NCBI RefSeq assembly: GCF_963921235.1
Contig: NC_086108.1
Location: 105,154,001 to 105,218,000, forward strand
Reading direction: 5' to 3'
Length of the DNA stretch: 64,000 nt
Source: Mobula hypostoma
Taxonomy: Eukaryota
Positions 1 to 12,357 of this stretch are shown one piece after another. Every line of letters begins with the position of its first letter. The stretch's first letter is position 1. The translations under genes were made by a program, and so were the position numbers. A model generated the notes under the pieces. It ran no database searches and had not been told where the DNA came from. It saw only the letters and a program-made list of their open reading frames with translations.

Positions 1-736
1 GTGGAGGCAGAAGAAAGAAAATTATAAGCCAGTTGGCTTGATCCTAATGGTTGGGAAGATGCTAGAGTTGAATGATAAGGATGAGGTCTCAGAGTATTTG
101 GAGGTACATGATAAAATAGGGCAAAGTCAGCATGGTTTTCTCAAGGGAAAACCTTGCCTGACAAACCTGTTGGAATTCTTTAGCAAATAATGAGCAGAAT
201 AGACAAAGAGGAATCGATGGATGTTATGTGCTTGCATTTTCAGATGGCCTTTGACTAGGTGCTGCACATGAGGCTGCTTAACAAAATACAAGCCCATGGT
301 ATTACAGGAAAGATCCTAGATAGAGGATTAGCTGATTGGCAGGAGGCAAAGATTAGGAATAAAGGTAGCCTTTCTGGTTGGCTGCCAATAAAGAGTGATG
401 TTCCACAAGGGTCGGTATTGGGACCACTTCTTTTCACGCTATATGTCAATGATTTGTATGATGGAATTGATGGCTTTGTGGCCAAGTTTTCAGACGATAC
501 AAAGATGGGTGGAAGACCAGGTGGTGTTGAGAAAGCAGGGAGGCTGCAGAAGGACTTGGTTTGATTAGGAGAATGGGCAAAGAAATGGCAGATGGAACAT
601 AGTGTCAGGAAGTGTGTGGCCATGCACTTTGTTAGAAGGAACAAAAGTGTAGTGTATTTTCTAAACGGGGAGAAAAATCAAAAATCTGAGATACAAAGGG
701 CTTAGGAGTTCTCCTGATGGATTCCCTAAAGATTAA
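1..736 (+). mobile_element. CR1-clade LINE ORF2 (RT) fragment, 5' part, decayed
   Basis: ORF 259-564 has VPQGSVLGPLLF and KFSDDTK (CR1-type RT motifs); resumes at 2128 after an insertion. Confidence 0.92.
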
Positions 737-2127
737 TGTAACCCAGGTTAATTAAACCTAAAGATGTAATGTTAGAAAGCTCCACCTGCAGAGGGATGAC
801 CATGAGGTCTACTGAATTAAAAAAAAGAACTTGGGAAGGGGGGGATTAAAAAAAACTATGTGAGAACGAGTCATGGCTGACGCAGGCGTGGACAAATGAG
901 AGAAACAAAGCAAACTATTCGAAACTAAAGGTATAAACTATTAAGAGTGGAATTAGTAGTGAGTATCTCTACCCTACTAACTTGAAAACCTCAGGGTGAA
1001 ACCCTTGGAGGAGAGAGGGTAGTGTTAAAAGATTTATAGAAGCTACAGTTGTAACGAGTCAATATCGGCAGAGAGGTGTGTCCAAGATCTCTACTGTGTA
1101 ACCAGGAATTAGTTCTGTTAAATCACCCCAAGGGATTTTGTGAGTTAAAATAGTTTTACTGTTCCAAGTGTATAATTTGTTTGTGACATATGTTTAGTAG
1201 TGTTGTGACTAAAAAAGAGTTTGGAAATAACAATAGGATATTGAGTTATTCTGAAATAGAAAATGTTTCTATTTCATGAGTGTGAGAACTTATGGATTGG
1301 TTAGGTTTTTTTTTATATAAGTTTTGCGAATCAAACTTCCATGGACGACCCACTATTTTATATAACGAACCAAGAATCAAGATCCCAAGCCACCCAAGAA
1401 TGAAGAACCAGTGTGGGACAAAATGTTTAATGACGTAGAGGATTTAATATGGTTGGATGTATAAGTTTATTTTTCATTCGAAGGATCTGAATTTAATTTT
1501 CTGCAAGAATTGATTATTTTGCAAAGACTTTGATAATTTACTGAATGAGATTTACTTTGTTTAAAAGCTGTGATGTAGAAGAATTGTCACAAAAGGAGTT
1601 AAACTGTATAAATATATATTTTTGGTATTGAATTTGAATTTGTAGACATACTGACTTGAGCTGAAACTGAAATTAACCATAATACTTGAGAATAGGAATT
1701 CAAAATTAGTTTCCCAACTAACTAGGGATAAATAGAAAGGCAAATGTTCATCTGTAAATCTTTAAATAGGGAATAACACTAGATCTAATTAGTTAGAGAT
1801 ATTGGAGTAATAAAGGTTATTCTAATGAACCTTACTGATTTTAGCTAACAAGAAATTTGGTTTTTGTTTGCTATCTGAGATTTGGAACCATAACGGAATG
1901 TTGGAATTTTGAATTATTCTTACTCACGTAAATATTTTGTATATATTGCTATTTTTATAAACAAACTTACTTCCAGAAGTATGTGTTTTCTATTCACTGC
2001 CTCCTTTCAATACCTAGAGCTCTGATGGCCTACTAGCACCTCGTACAGTACTATGTAATTTGATTTTCTCATAAAGAGTGCAGTGACCAGTCACATGAGA
2101 TAAGACGAGTGCTACACGAGTGTTACA
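737..2127. mobile_element. Solo-LTR-like insertion, 1391 bp
   Basis: Starts TGTAAC, ends GTTACA; TTAA duplicated at 733-736 and 2128-2131; removing it restores the CR1 sequence seen uninterrupted near 12573-12600. Confidence 0.8.
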
Positions 2128-2805
2128 TTAATTTGCAGATTGAGTCAGTAGTGTGGAAGGCAAATGCAATGTTAGCATTCATTTCGAGAGGACTAGAGTA
2201 TAAAAGCAAGGATGTAATGCTGGGGCTTTATAAGGTACTGGTGAGGACCCACTTTTAACATTGTAAGCAGTTTTGGGCCCCTTTATCTAAGAAAGTATGT
2301 GCTGTCATTGGAAAGGGTTTAGAGGAGGGTCACGAGAATGTAAGGGTTATCATATGAGAGTGTTTGATGGCTCTGAGCCTGTACTCGCTGGAATTTAGAA
2401 GAATGAGGGGGGTGATCTCATTAAAAGCTATTGAATGTTGAAAGGCCTAGTTAGAGAGCATGTGGAGAGGGTATTTCCTATAGTGGTGGGGTGGGGGGGG
2501 GTCTAGGACAAGAGAGCACAGCCTCAGGACAGAGGGGTATCAATTTAAAACAAAGATGTGAAGAAATTTCTTTAGCCAGAGGATGCTTAACTTGTGGAAT
2601 TTATTTCCACAGGCAGCTGTGGAGGTCAGGTTGTTGGGGGTATTTAAGACAGAGCTTGATAAGTTCTTGATTGGACACAGCATCAAAGGTTATGGGGAAA
2701 AGGCTGGGGAATGAGGGGAAAGAGGATCCGCCATGATTAAATGGTGGAGCGGACTCGATGGGTCAAATGGCCTAATTCTGTTCCTATGTCTTATGGTCTT
2801 ATGGT
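2128..2805 (+). mobile_element. CR1 LINE 3' part and tail (continuation of 1-736)
   Basis: Degenerate CR1 ORF2 C-terminus similar to 12580-13268; tail cttatggtcttatgg. Confidence 0.9.
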
Positions 2806-3149
2806 ATTTAAGGTGGAGGTTGGCACATTCTTGATTAGTCAGGGTGTGAAAGGTTACAGCGAGAAGGCAGGAGAATGGATCAGCCTTGATGAATTGGTGT
2901 AGCAGATTCGATGGGCTGAATGGTTTAATTGCACTCCTATATTTAGAACATAAGACCATAAGATATAGGAGCAGAAGTAGGCCATTTGGCCCAGCAAGTG
3001 TGCTCTGCCATTCAATCATGGGCTGATCCAATTCTTTCAGTCATCCCCAATCCACTACCTTCACCACATACCCTTTGATGCCCTCGCTAATCAAGAACCT
3101 ATCTATCTCTGCCTTAAATGCACCCTTTATGGTCTTATGATCTTATGAT

Positions 3150-4398
3150 CTTTAAAGAAGAGTCCTTGAGAATCATGAAGAACCCAGAACAGAATTCAAG
3201 AAGGGAATTAGTAAAATCAGGAGGGTCCCTGACAATCCCTTGGCAAGTAGGATTAAGGAGAATTCCAAGGCATTCTGTACATACATCAGGAGCAAGGGAG
3301 TAACTAGGGAGAGGGTGGAACCACTCAAGAATAAAGGAGGGAACATACGTTTATATACAGAGGATGTGGCTGAGGTCCTTAATGAGTACTTTACATCAGT
3401 ATTTAATCAGTGCTGAGAGTTTTAAAATGCTAGGGCAGCTTGAAGTAAAGGAGAAGATGGTGTTGGGTCTCTCAAAGAGCACTAAGGTGGATAAATCCTT
3501 AGGCCTAGTAGGATATATCCCAGGTTATTGAGAGAGGCAAGTGAAGAGATTGCTGGATCCTTGACCAGCGTCTTTTTGTCCTCCCTCATCACAGACAAGG
3601 TTCCAGACGACTGGTCAGTAGCTAATGTTTTTCCATTATTCCAGAAGGAAACTGAGAATAACCCTGGAAACCATAGACCAATGAGTCTCGCTTCAGTGAG
3701 AGAGAAGTTCCTGGAGAGAATTCTTAGGGATAGAAATCATAAGCACTGGGACAACCCTGGTCTAATAAGGGAGAGTCCGAGTGAATTTGTGCGGGGCAGG
3801 TCATATCTTACTAACTTGATTGAGTTTATGACAAGGTGACCAGGGTGATTGATGAAGGTAGAGATGTAGATGTTGTATACAAGGATTTTAGTAAGGCATT
3901 TGTCAAGGTCCCTCATGGGAAGCTCATCAGAAGATTAAGATGCATTGGGTCCATGGAAAATTGGCTGTTTGGATTTCGCTTGCCTATAGAAGACAGGGGA
4001 TAGTGGTTGAAGGGCCTTATTCCAGCTGGAGGCCTGTGATCAATGGTGTTCCGCAGGGATCTGTACTGCGGCCTCTACTATTTGTGATGTATATAAATGA
4101 GATGGATGAAAATGTAGATGGAAGGGGTAAAAAGTTTGCAGATGATACAAAGATCACTGGTGCTGTGGATAGTGTAGGAGACTGGTAAATAATACAGCCC
4201 AATATAGATCAATTGCAGATATGGCTGTAGAAATGGCAGATGGAGTTTAACCTGGCCAAATGTGAAGTGTTGCACCTTGGAAGGTCAAATGTAAAGAGAT
4301 AGCACACTATTAAGGGCAAGAGTCTTAACAGTGTTAATGAGCAGAGGGATATTGGGGTCCGAATTCATAGTTCCCTGAAAGTGACTACACAGGTTGAT
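3150..4398 (+). mobile_element. CR1 LINE ORF2 fragment, decayed; continues at 8395-8590
   Basis: ORFs 3528-3839 (VPDDWSVANVFPLF..NPGNHRPMSL) and 3940-4188 (VPQGSVL, KFADDTK). Confidence 0.9.
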
Positions 4399-7300
4399 CT
4401 TCTCTTTGCCTTCTTCTTGGATGTAGGTCGGAAATGACGATGATGTCAGTGACACCTCTGATGTGAGCGAAGCCAGAACTGGGAAGTGCAGATGCGCCCG
4501 TAGGTTGGGCACATTACGGCCGTTGAATGGTTGGGTCATCTCTCCTTACGGTTCTGGTGCTTTTGATTGAGGTTCTTTCTTCAGCTGCTGCTCTTCAAAT
4601 GTGCTGGTCCGTTTGTAGACTGCCAGGTGCCAGGCATTGGGGTCCTTGGCCAAGGCCTCCTGACCAGTCACAGTGATATTGCAAGCCTTCAAGGACGCTT
4701 TCATACAGTCTTTATAGCGCTTTGTAGGGCCTCCCTGCTTTCTGGTGCTAAGAGCCAGCTCAGAAAAGATTGCCACCTTTGGAAGGCAGTTATCTTCCAT
4801 CTGGACCACATGCCCAACTGATCAAAGTTGAGCCTTCATGATCAGTGTCTCTGTGCCAGAGATCTCAGCCCTTCATTGCATTTCTGTGGTGGGGACCCTG
4901 ACTTTCAATGATGTGCTCGTAATCTTGCGAAAGCATCGCAGGTGGAACTGGTCAAACATCTTGATGTGCTGTGAAATGGTGTCCATGTTTCACAGCCATA
5001 CAGCAGAGAAGTCAGGATGACCGCTCTGCAGACTGCCATCTTGATCTACAGCTGGATGGCACATTCTCCCCATACGTTTCCATTGCCTGCCAAAGGATGC
5101 CCCAGCTTTTTTGCAAGTCTGTTTGAAACCTCTCGATCTAGACTGCTGGAGGAGGTGGCAGTTTCTCAGGTAAATGAAGGTGTCAACATTGCTGAGCTGT
5201 GTGCCTTCAGTCTCAGTTTGTGGTCTTATAGGATTGGTGTGGGGTGCAGGCTGAAGTAGAAGTTCTGCAGTTTGATGGCTAGGCTGAGTTTCCTTGCTGC
5301 CACAGTGAGGCAGTCAGCGAGCTCCTGCAGATCCTTTCCATTGTGCGCTGCAAGAGTGCAGTCACCTGCAAAGAGGACGTCCTGTACTATTGCTCCCAGC
5401 ACTTTTGTCTTAGTCTTGAGGTGTTGCAGATCAAAGAAGCGTCCATCAGTTCTGTAGCGAATTGCGATTCCCACATCAGTCTGTGAGAGAACAGGGAACA
5501 GCATGCTGAAAAGAGTAGGCGTGAAGACACAGCCCTGCTTGACACCATTAGTTACTCAGAAGGGGTCAGAGGTGCAGCTGTTTTTGATGACCCTGGTCAT
5601 CATGCTGTCATGGAATGACCCGACCATACTGACCAGCCTTGTGGGGTTGGGGGCAGCCTAACTTGGTAAGGATGCACCAAAGGCCTGTACAACTGACAGT
5701 ATCAAATACCTTCGTCGGTCCACAAAGAGGATGTAGAGATTCTGGTTCTGTTCCTGGCACTTCTCCTGGATCTGTCTGACACTAAAGATCATGTCACTGC
5801 CCCTCTGTTAGATCTGAAACCACTTTGGCTCTCTGAGACATTGTCATCAAGGAGGTGAGAGGTAATCTGTTCAGTATGATATGGGCCATGATCTTCCTGA
5901 CTATGCTCAGGAGAGACATACCTCTGTGATTGTCACAGGATGCCCTGTCCCCCTTGTTCTTGTACAGGTGGATGATATTTGCATCCCTAAAGTCCCATGG
6001 TACACAGTCTTTCTCCTAAAACTGTTGCATAAGCTCTGACAGCCTCTGAAAAAGGGTTTCGTCACTTCTGGTGGGATCCCATCCGGGCCAGGGGCCTTAC
6101 CAGGCTGCAGCTGGTTGACTGCCTTCCTAGCTTCTACCCATGTGGGGGAATCATCAAGGACTGGGCAATTGGGCATGTCTTCTATGGCATGGCCATCTAT
6201 CTGGGATGGCCTGTTCAGCAGCTGGTTAAGATGGTCTGCCCAGAGTTGGACAATGTTGCCTTCGTCAGTGTGAAGCGCTCCATCCAAGGTGCCATGATGT
6301 TGGAGGAAGGTCCGTACACGGCCTTTAGACCAGCAAAAAGTGTCTTTGTGTTGTGCTGGTCAGCGTAGTGTTGAAGCTCTGCTGCTTTGGCCTCTCAGCA
6401 CTGATCTTCCATCTTTCACAGCTCAGCTTGGACCTTACTACAGAAGTGCTTCAAGCGGTCATGTTTGGAGGTTGACTGCTTGTCACTGTGCCATCTTGCA
6501 AAGGCTTCCTGCTTCTGCTTGAGAAGGGTGACAACATCAGCTTTGTTCTCATCAAACCAATCCTGATGCTTCCTCTTGAGGTGCCCGAGAACGGCACTAG
6601 CAGCGCTGAAGACACCCCTGCCATTTCTGGGTCTGCTTCCTCAGGCGGTTGTTCGAGTTGTTCCTCCAGTTTGCTGATCAGCTCTCCTTTGGTGCTGGGG
6701 TCAGCGAGCCATTGAGTGTTCAGCTTCAGTTTAGCATCAGCTGGCTGGTGCCTGTGTGCCCTGGCGATCTGAAATGACAGCTTGCTTCTCAGCAGGATGG
6801 GGTCAGTCCAGCAGTCTGCACCCCTTATCACTCTGGTGATGATCGCATCCCTGATGTCCCAGCACCTTGTGATCACGCAATCAATCAGGTGCCACTTCTT
6901 GGAGCGCGGGTGCATCCAGGTTGCCTTGTGGATGTCTGGAAGCTGAACGAGAGCGGTGGCGATTGTCAGCCCGTTTTCTTGTGCAGAAGGTGAGTAGCAG
7001 CTGCCCATTTGAATTCTCCTTTCCAAGGCCATGCTTGCTAATGACTTCCAGTCAATACCAATGGTCACTGCCTTCTTGGGCATTAAAATTGCTAAGTAGC
7101 AGGATCTTGTCTTCTTTCAGGACAAAGCACAGTAGCTGGCCGAGTGCCTGGTAGAACAGTTCCTTCTGAACAGAGGTGTAGGTCATGGTGGGTGTGTAGG
7201 CACTGAGCAGAATCAGATGCGTCTTGGCTTTCAGAGGCAGCCTTATTACCATGGGGCAATCGTTGATGCCTCTGGGGAGGGTCTCCAGGTTCCTAACAAT

Positions 7301-8394
7301 TGTGGTCCAGATGACAAAGCCAAATCTGGCTACTCCAGCCTTATCCTTTCCCTTGGCACTCCAGAAAAACATGTGGTCAGTCCCTACTTCTGTGATTTCA
7401 CCAGCCTTGGCCAGGCGAGTCTCACTGAGCACTGAAATCAACGTTGTACTTCTGAGCTACGTGTCCTACAGGTGCAGTTTGCCCCTCTGGTCTGTTACTG
7501 GTCTTGTTGGCCATGAGTGTCCTGATGTTCAAGCTCCGACATAGTGTTTGCTGAGGTTTCTGGTGGCTCTTCTTTCTTTTGTGGTTTTTGAGGTAACTTG
7601 GCAGCAAAGTAGATGTCCAGTCAGCTGTGGTATGCTGACAGGATAGGGTGAGGCAAGCTTTGTTCAGGTCACCTTTTCCAGACCCTTTCCCGCGAGGCGG
7701 GGGGAGCAGTGCGGTCCCTAAAGAGGGCCGCTCCGTCAGCAAGGTGGCTGCCAAACACTGTCCTTGCCTCGTGAGAAGAGAGCGACCATCCTGCCTTGGT
7801 CGCCTGAGCGCAGGTCTGTGACTAATGGCTCCCAGCACCATCTTATGCCTGCCACTGTTGCCACTCAGCCACTCGCCCCAGATCCTGAGTTGGTTGTGGA
7901 GATTGGCGTCACCAAATCCCGGGCAGGAGGGGTACAAAGACCATGAGTTTCCTAAGTCTCATGATCCCCCTCTCAGACCAGACACTGATGTCAAAAGTTG
8001 TTCCTTCAGTTTGCTGATCAGCTCTTCTTTGGTGCTGGGGTCAGAAAGCCATTGAAATCCTCGGGGATTTCTCCCTTGGGGTTTACTCCTGAAGCTTTTC
8101 CCATGAGTGGGTGTAGCCGCAGGGGCAGCAGAGGTTTTAAATCAGAGTTTTCCTTCTCCTAGGTGTGCTGCCTTCCCAGGCTAACAATCCCCACCTGTCC
8201 GAAGCAACTGGTTTTAAGGCACCAGTGACCCACCTTTGCCCATTCTCCTGCCGGTAGAAATGGTTTTACCACATGAAGGCCAAGAGTTGGACTTGCTTAT
8301 CAGAGGCTAATTTGAGATGCACTGCGATGGGAGCACTTTATAGGTAGTGGGAATTTACCCCCCACTACCACCCTGGTTATGACAACTATTTGGA
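4399..8394 (-). mobile_element. RTE-clade (BovB-like) LINE, near full length, inactivated, with chimeric 5' extension
   Basis: Minus-strand APE endonuclease fragments (LSETRL, SAYTPT, TWMHPRSKKWHLID) and RT fragments (KAPGPDGIP, IRYRTDG..LFAGDC); GAA-rich tail; 10-bp TSD ACAGGTTGAT at 4389-4398 and 8395-8404. Confidence 0.92.
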
Positions 8395-9195
8395 ACAGGT
8401 TGATAGAGTGGTAAAGAGGAATATGGCATGTTTGCTTTTATTAGTTGAGGCACTGAGTTCAAGAGTCATAAAGGATGTATGGTTCAGCTTTAGAAAACTC
8501 TGTTTATGCTGCATCTGGGCTATTGCATATAGTTCTGGTTACCCCATTATAGAAAAGATGTTGAGACTTTGGAGCAGGTGTACAGGGGTGTAGTTAATAA
8601 AATGCCCACTGAATGTACATCATTAATCCATCCTCAGCGGGCAAGAATAATGCTCGAGCAGTATATTTGCCTCATAACCAGGCACAAATGTGATTTATCA
8701 TGCAGAGGAGATCTAATTTAAATATATGTAAACTAAAAAGCAAACTTTCCCCAAAATTTCATGCAAAAAAAGCCATTATAGAAGCTGTACCCTATAATTA
8801 TTCTGCTATTAGTGATAATTTATTAATGGAAACAATTAACATATTCAAACCAGAGGTAATTGGATAAAAAACCTCTCCTTTAACTGAAAACACAACCAAC
8901 ACGGTTTATAATATTTGTCGTTATCTTAATGGATAACAGCAACTTATAAATTTATATTTATAAATAGATTCAATTAGGACCACACTCTGTTAAATTGGAG
9001 ACTGATGTGTTGTATGAAAACTAGTCAATGTAGGCCTTATGGTAGTTCAGATATAAATTAATAAATTATTCTTAAAAATTAAGTAATTTATATGTGACAG
9101 GCGAAAAAAAAAGCAAATAATTCTTCCTTGCTAAAAATATGTCATTTCCATCCTGATGTAATTCAAAGGCGTATTTGTGATAATATCAGGACAAA

Positions 9196-9746
9196 TGTAC
9201 TCAGTGGCCACTCTATGAGGTGCACTTGTACACCTGCTTGTTAATGCAAAGATCTCAATGCATAGAAGTATGCAGACTTGGTCAGGAGGTTCATCTGTTG
9301 TTCAGACCAAACATCAGAATGGGAAAGAAATGTGATCTAAGTGACTTTGGCCATGGAATGAACATTGGTGCCAGATGGGGTGATTTGAATATCTAGGAAA
9401 CTGCTGATCTGCTGGATTTTCATGCAGAGCATTGTCTGGAGCTTACAGAGAATGGTGCGAAAAACAAAAAAAAAAAATCCTGTGTGCACTAGTTTTGTGG
9501 GGGAAAATGCCTTGTTGATTATAGAGGATGAAGGAGAATGGCCAAACTGGTTCAAGCTGGCAGGAAGGTGACAGTGATTCAACTAACCATGTGTTACAAC
9601 TATGGTGTGCGGACGAACATCTCTGGTTGCACAACATACCGAATATTGAAGTGGATGGATACAGCTGCACAAGGCTCCAAATATGCATTCAGTGGATACT
9701 TTATTAGGTACAGAGGAGGTAAGCAATAAAGTGACCATTCAGTGTA
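9196..9746 (+). mobile_element. Tc1-like non-autonomous DNA transposon
   Basis: Degenerate TIRs (..CTCAGTGGCCACT.. / ..AAAGTGACCATTCAGTGTA); remnant of transposase N-terminus MGKKCDLSDF. Confidence 0.85.
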
Positions 9747-9832
9747 CATTAGTGTTGGGTCAGAGCAGTTACTCTGGGCTAATGCAATAGTTCAGATCTT
9801 CAGCTGTGAACTTACCGAGTACTTTTCACACA

Positions 9833-10175
9833 AGGAAAATACCAGAGATGCTGGAAATCTGATGTTTAAAAAAAAACCAGACATTAGAAATGCTCAGCAG
9901 TAAAGTACAGCAGATATTGGAAAGCTGAAATTAAAGTGGAAGATGCAAGAAATGCTCAACGGGTCATGCAGCGACTGTGGGGAGAGAAGCAGAACATACG
10001 TTTCAGATTGATGACCCTCTGTGATTGCTTGGGTCAATAAGAACAGAAGACTTTCCCTGACGAAGGGTCTCGGCACGAAATGTCAACTGTTTATTCCTTT
10101 CCATAGATGCTGAGTTCCTCTGCATTTTGTGTTTGTTGCTCTGGATGTCCGGCATCTGCAAATCTCTTGTGCCTT
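9833..10175. mobile_element. Penelope-like element terminal repeat fragments in inverted arrangement
   Basis: Minus-strand copies then a plus-strand copy of the sequence ending the PLE at 12140-12283, including ctgacga..gaaa at 10057-10080. Confidence 0.75.
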
Positions 10176-10504
10176 TCGGCTTACAGACTGTTTCACAGCC
10201 TCACAAGCTCCTTTAACATCAGAACATTAGAAATAGGAGTATTACTCTATTTCTGAAGACTGACCTACTTGTCTGCATGATAGTTATGGTCTGCATATTT
10301 TATCTGTAAAAATTACTGCAGAAGTAAAGAATGCAGAGATTCGATTTCTGCAGAAGTCCAAAAAAATCTTACATTCTTACTCTCAAATACACTTGATGAC
10401 TGGGAAGTCATAATTACCTCATGTGGAAATTTAAATCCCTTCAATCAAGACTTTTTTTTTCTTATCTCAAAGTTCAAAGTAAATTTATTATTAAAATACA
10501 TATG

Positions 10505-10860
10505 GGGCCTGTCAGCCGTGGTTGGCAGCTTATTTAGGAGAAGAAAATCTCTGATCTCAGACTTCCACTGCTTTACAACTATATCCAGTCATGGGGAAAG
10601 CTTTGGGATTAAACCCTGAGGGAAATATCTGGAGCTGGAGTCCTAAGGCAGTCTTACATTGAGTTCAGTGCTGACTGGCAACTCCTGCCACGCTGCTGGT
10701 GCCAAGCTCTGCTATTCCTTTGGGATTATCAGCTGTGTGGAGAGGGGGGAGCCTGCCACATGGGCAACAGCTTACTCTCCATATGGTACTCCCCAGGCTT
10801 ACATACCTGGACAGCTAGGATGTAACATCTATAGTCATTCCTGACCTGTGGAGGCCTCAG
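10505..10860 (+). mobile_element. RTE-related non-autonomous retroelement, partial
   Basis: Homologous to 49080-49432; has the ggagaagaaaatctctgatctc motif resembling RTE 5' UTRs. Confidence 0.65.
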
Positions 10861-11308
10861 ACATATATGTCACCATACACAACTCGGAGATTCATTTTTA
10901 ATTGTGGCCACTCACAGTAACTACAATAAAACAAAATGGAATCAATGAAAAACCACACACTACACGACTGACGAACAACCAATGTGCAAAAGTCCTAAAG
11001 ATCCTGAAAGCACAACGTTAAATTCCACCCATTTCATTTCCTTTGGAAATACTTTTACAATCTTGTTGATGTTGTAATGGAAGTAACATAGCAGCACATT
11101 TGTGTGTGGTAAACTCTCTGAGGTAGTAATGAGAAAAATGAGCAGATAATGGCTCAGAATTTGGGGTTGTAATGACAGTGAAATTGTCTGGTTTTAATGT
11201 GTTATTACTCAGTTGAACTGACAGCTACTGCTCATGCAGTTAAACATGAAAAACCAGTCATGTGTGACAGAGACAAGAGAGATTCTGCAGATACTGGAGG
11301 TCTGAAGC

Positions 11309-11309
<1 letters not shown>

Positions 11310-11346
<37 letters not shown>
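11310..11346. repeat. (CA)n microsatellite
   Basis: Direct reading; sits between two oppositely oriented PLE terminal fragments. Confidence 0.98.
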
Positions 11347-11348
<2 letters not shown>

Positions 11349-11419
11349 CTTGGCCCAAAATATCAACTGTCCAGTTCCCTCCATAGATGCTGCTTGACCT
11401 GCTGAGTTCCACAAATCCA

Positions 11420-12283
11420 GGCCACGTTCACTTCTCACTGATGCCACAATATGCGGAACAAGTGTTACACATGCCCTTACACTTCCTCCCTCACCACCAT
11501 TCAGAGCCCCAGACAGTCCTTCCAAGTGAGGCGACACTTCACCTGTGAGTCGGCTGGGGTGATATACTGCGTCCGGTTCTCCCGATGTGGCCTTCTATAT
11601 ATTGGTGAGACCCGACGCAGACTAGGAGATCATTTCGCTGAACACCTATGCTCTGTTCACCAGAGAAAGCAGGAACTTCCAGTGGCCACACATATTTTAA
11701 TTCCACGTCCCATTCCCATTCTGATATGTCTATCAATGGCCTCCTCTACTGTAAAGATGAAGCCACACTCAGGAACAACACCTTTTATTCCGTCAAGTTA
11801 ACCTCCAACCTGATGGCATGAACATTGACTTCTCTAACTTCTGCTAATGCCTCACCTTCCCCTAGTACCCCATCCGTTATTTATTTATATACACACATTC
11901 TTTTTCTCTCTCTCCTTTTTCTCCCTCTGTCCCTCTCATTATATCCCTTGCCCATCCTCTGGGTTTTTTCCCCCCTCCCCCTTTTCTTTCTCCCTAGGCC
12001 TCCCGTCCCATGATCCTCTCATATCCCTTTTGCCAATCAACTGTCTAGCTCTTGGCTCCACCCCTCCTCCTCCTGTCTTCTCCTATCAATTCGGAGCTCC
12101 CCCTCCCCCTCCCACTTTCAAATCTCTTACCAGCTCTTCTTTCAGTTAGTCCTGACGAAGGGTCTCGGCCTGAAACGTCGACTGTACCTCTTCGTAGAGA
12201 TGCTGCTTGGCCTGCTGCGTTCACCAGCAACTTTTATGTGTGTTGCTTGAAATATCAGCATCTGCAGATTTCCTCGTGTTTGT
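11420..12283 (+). mobile_element. Penelope-like element 3' portion: GIY-YIG endonuclease remnant plus terminal repeat
   Basis: ORF 11451-11801: KCYTCPY..FTCESAGVIYCVRFSRCGLLYIGETRRRLGDHFAEHL; then a pyrimidine-rich UTR and a hammerhead motif. Confidence 0.92.
12147..12184 (+). ncRNA. Minimal type I hammerhead ribozyme motif (PLE-associated)
   Basis: Stem I AGTC (12148-12151)/GACT (12180-12183); core CTGACGA (12152-12158); stem II AGG/CCT; GAAA (12172-12175); CGTC with predicted cleavage after C12179. Confidence 0.85.
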
Positions 12284-12357
12284 GGATAACTTCACTCACC
12301 TCAATACTGAACTGATTCCACAATCTACCTACTCACTTTCAAGGACTCTACAACTCA

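Noticed and set aside
733..2131. piggyBac element suggested by the TTAA duplication
   Set aside because: Termini are TGT...ACA with only a 6-bp inverted match, not the CC...GG TIRs of piggyBac
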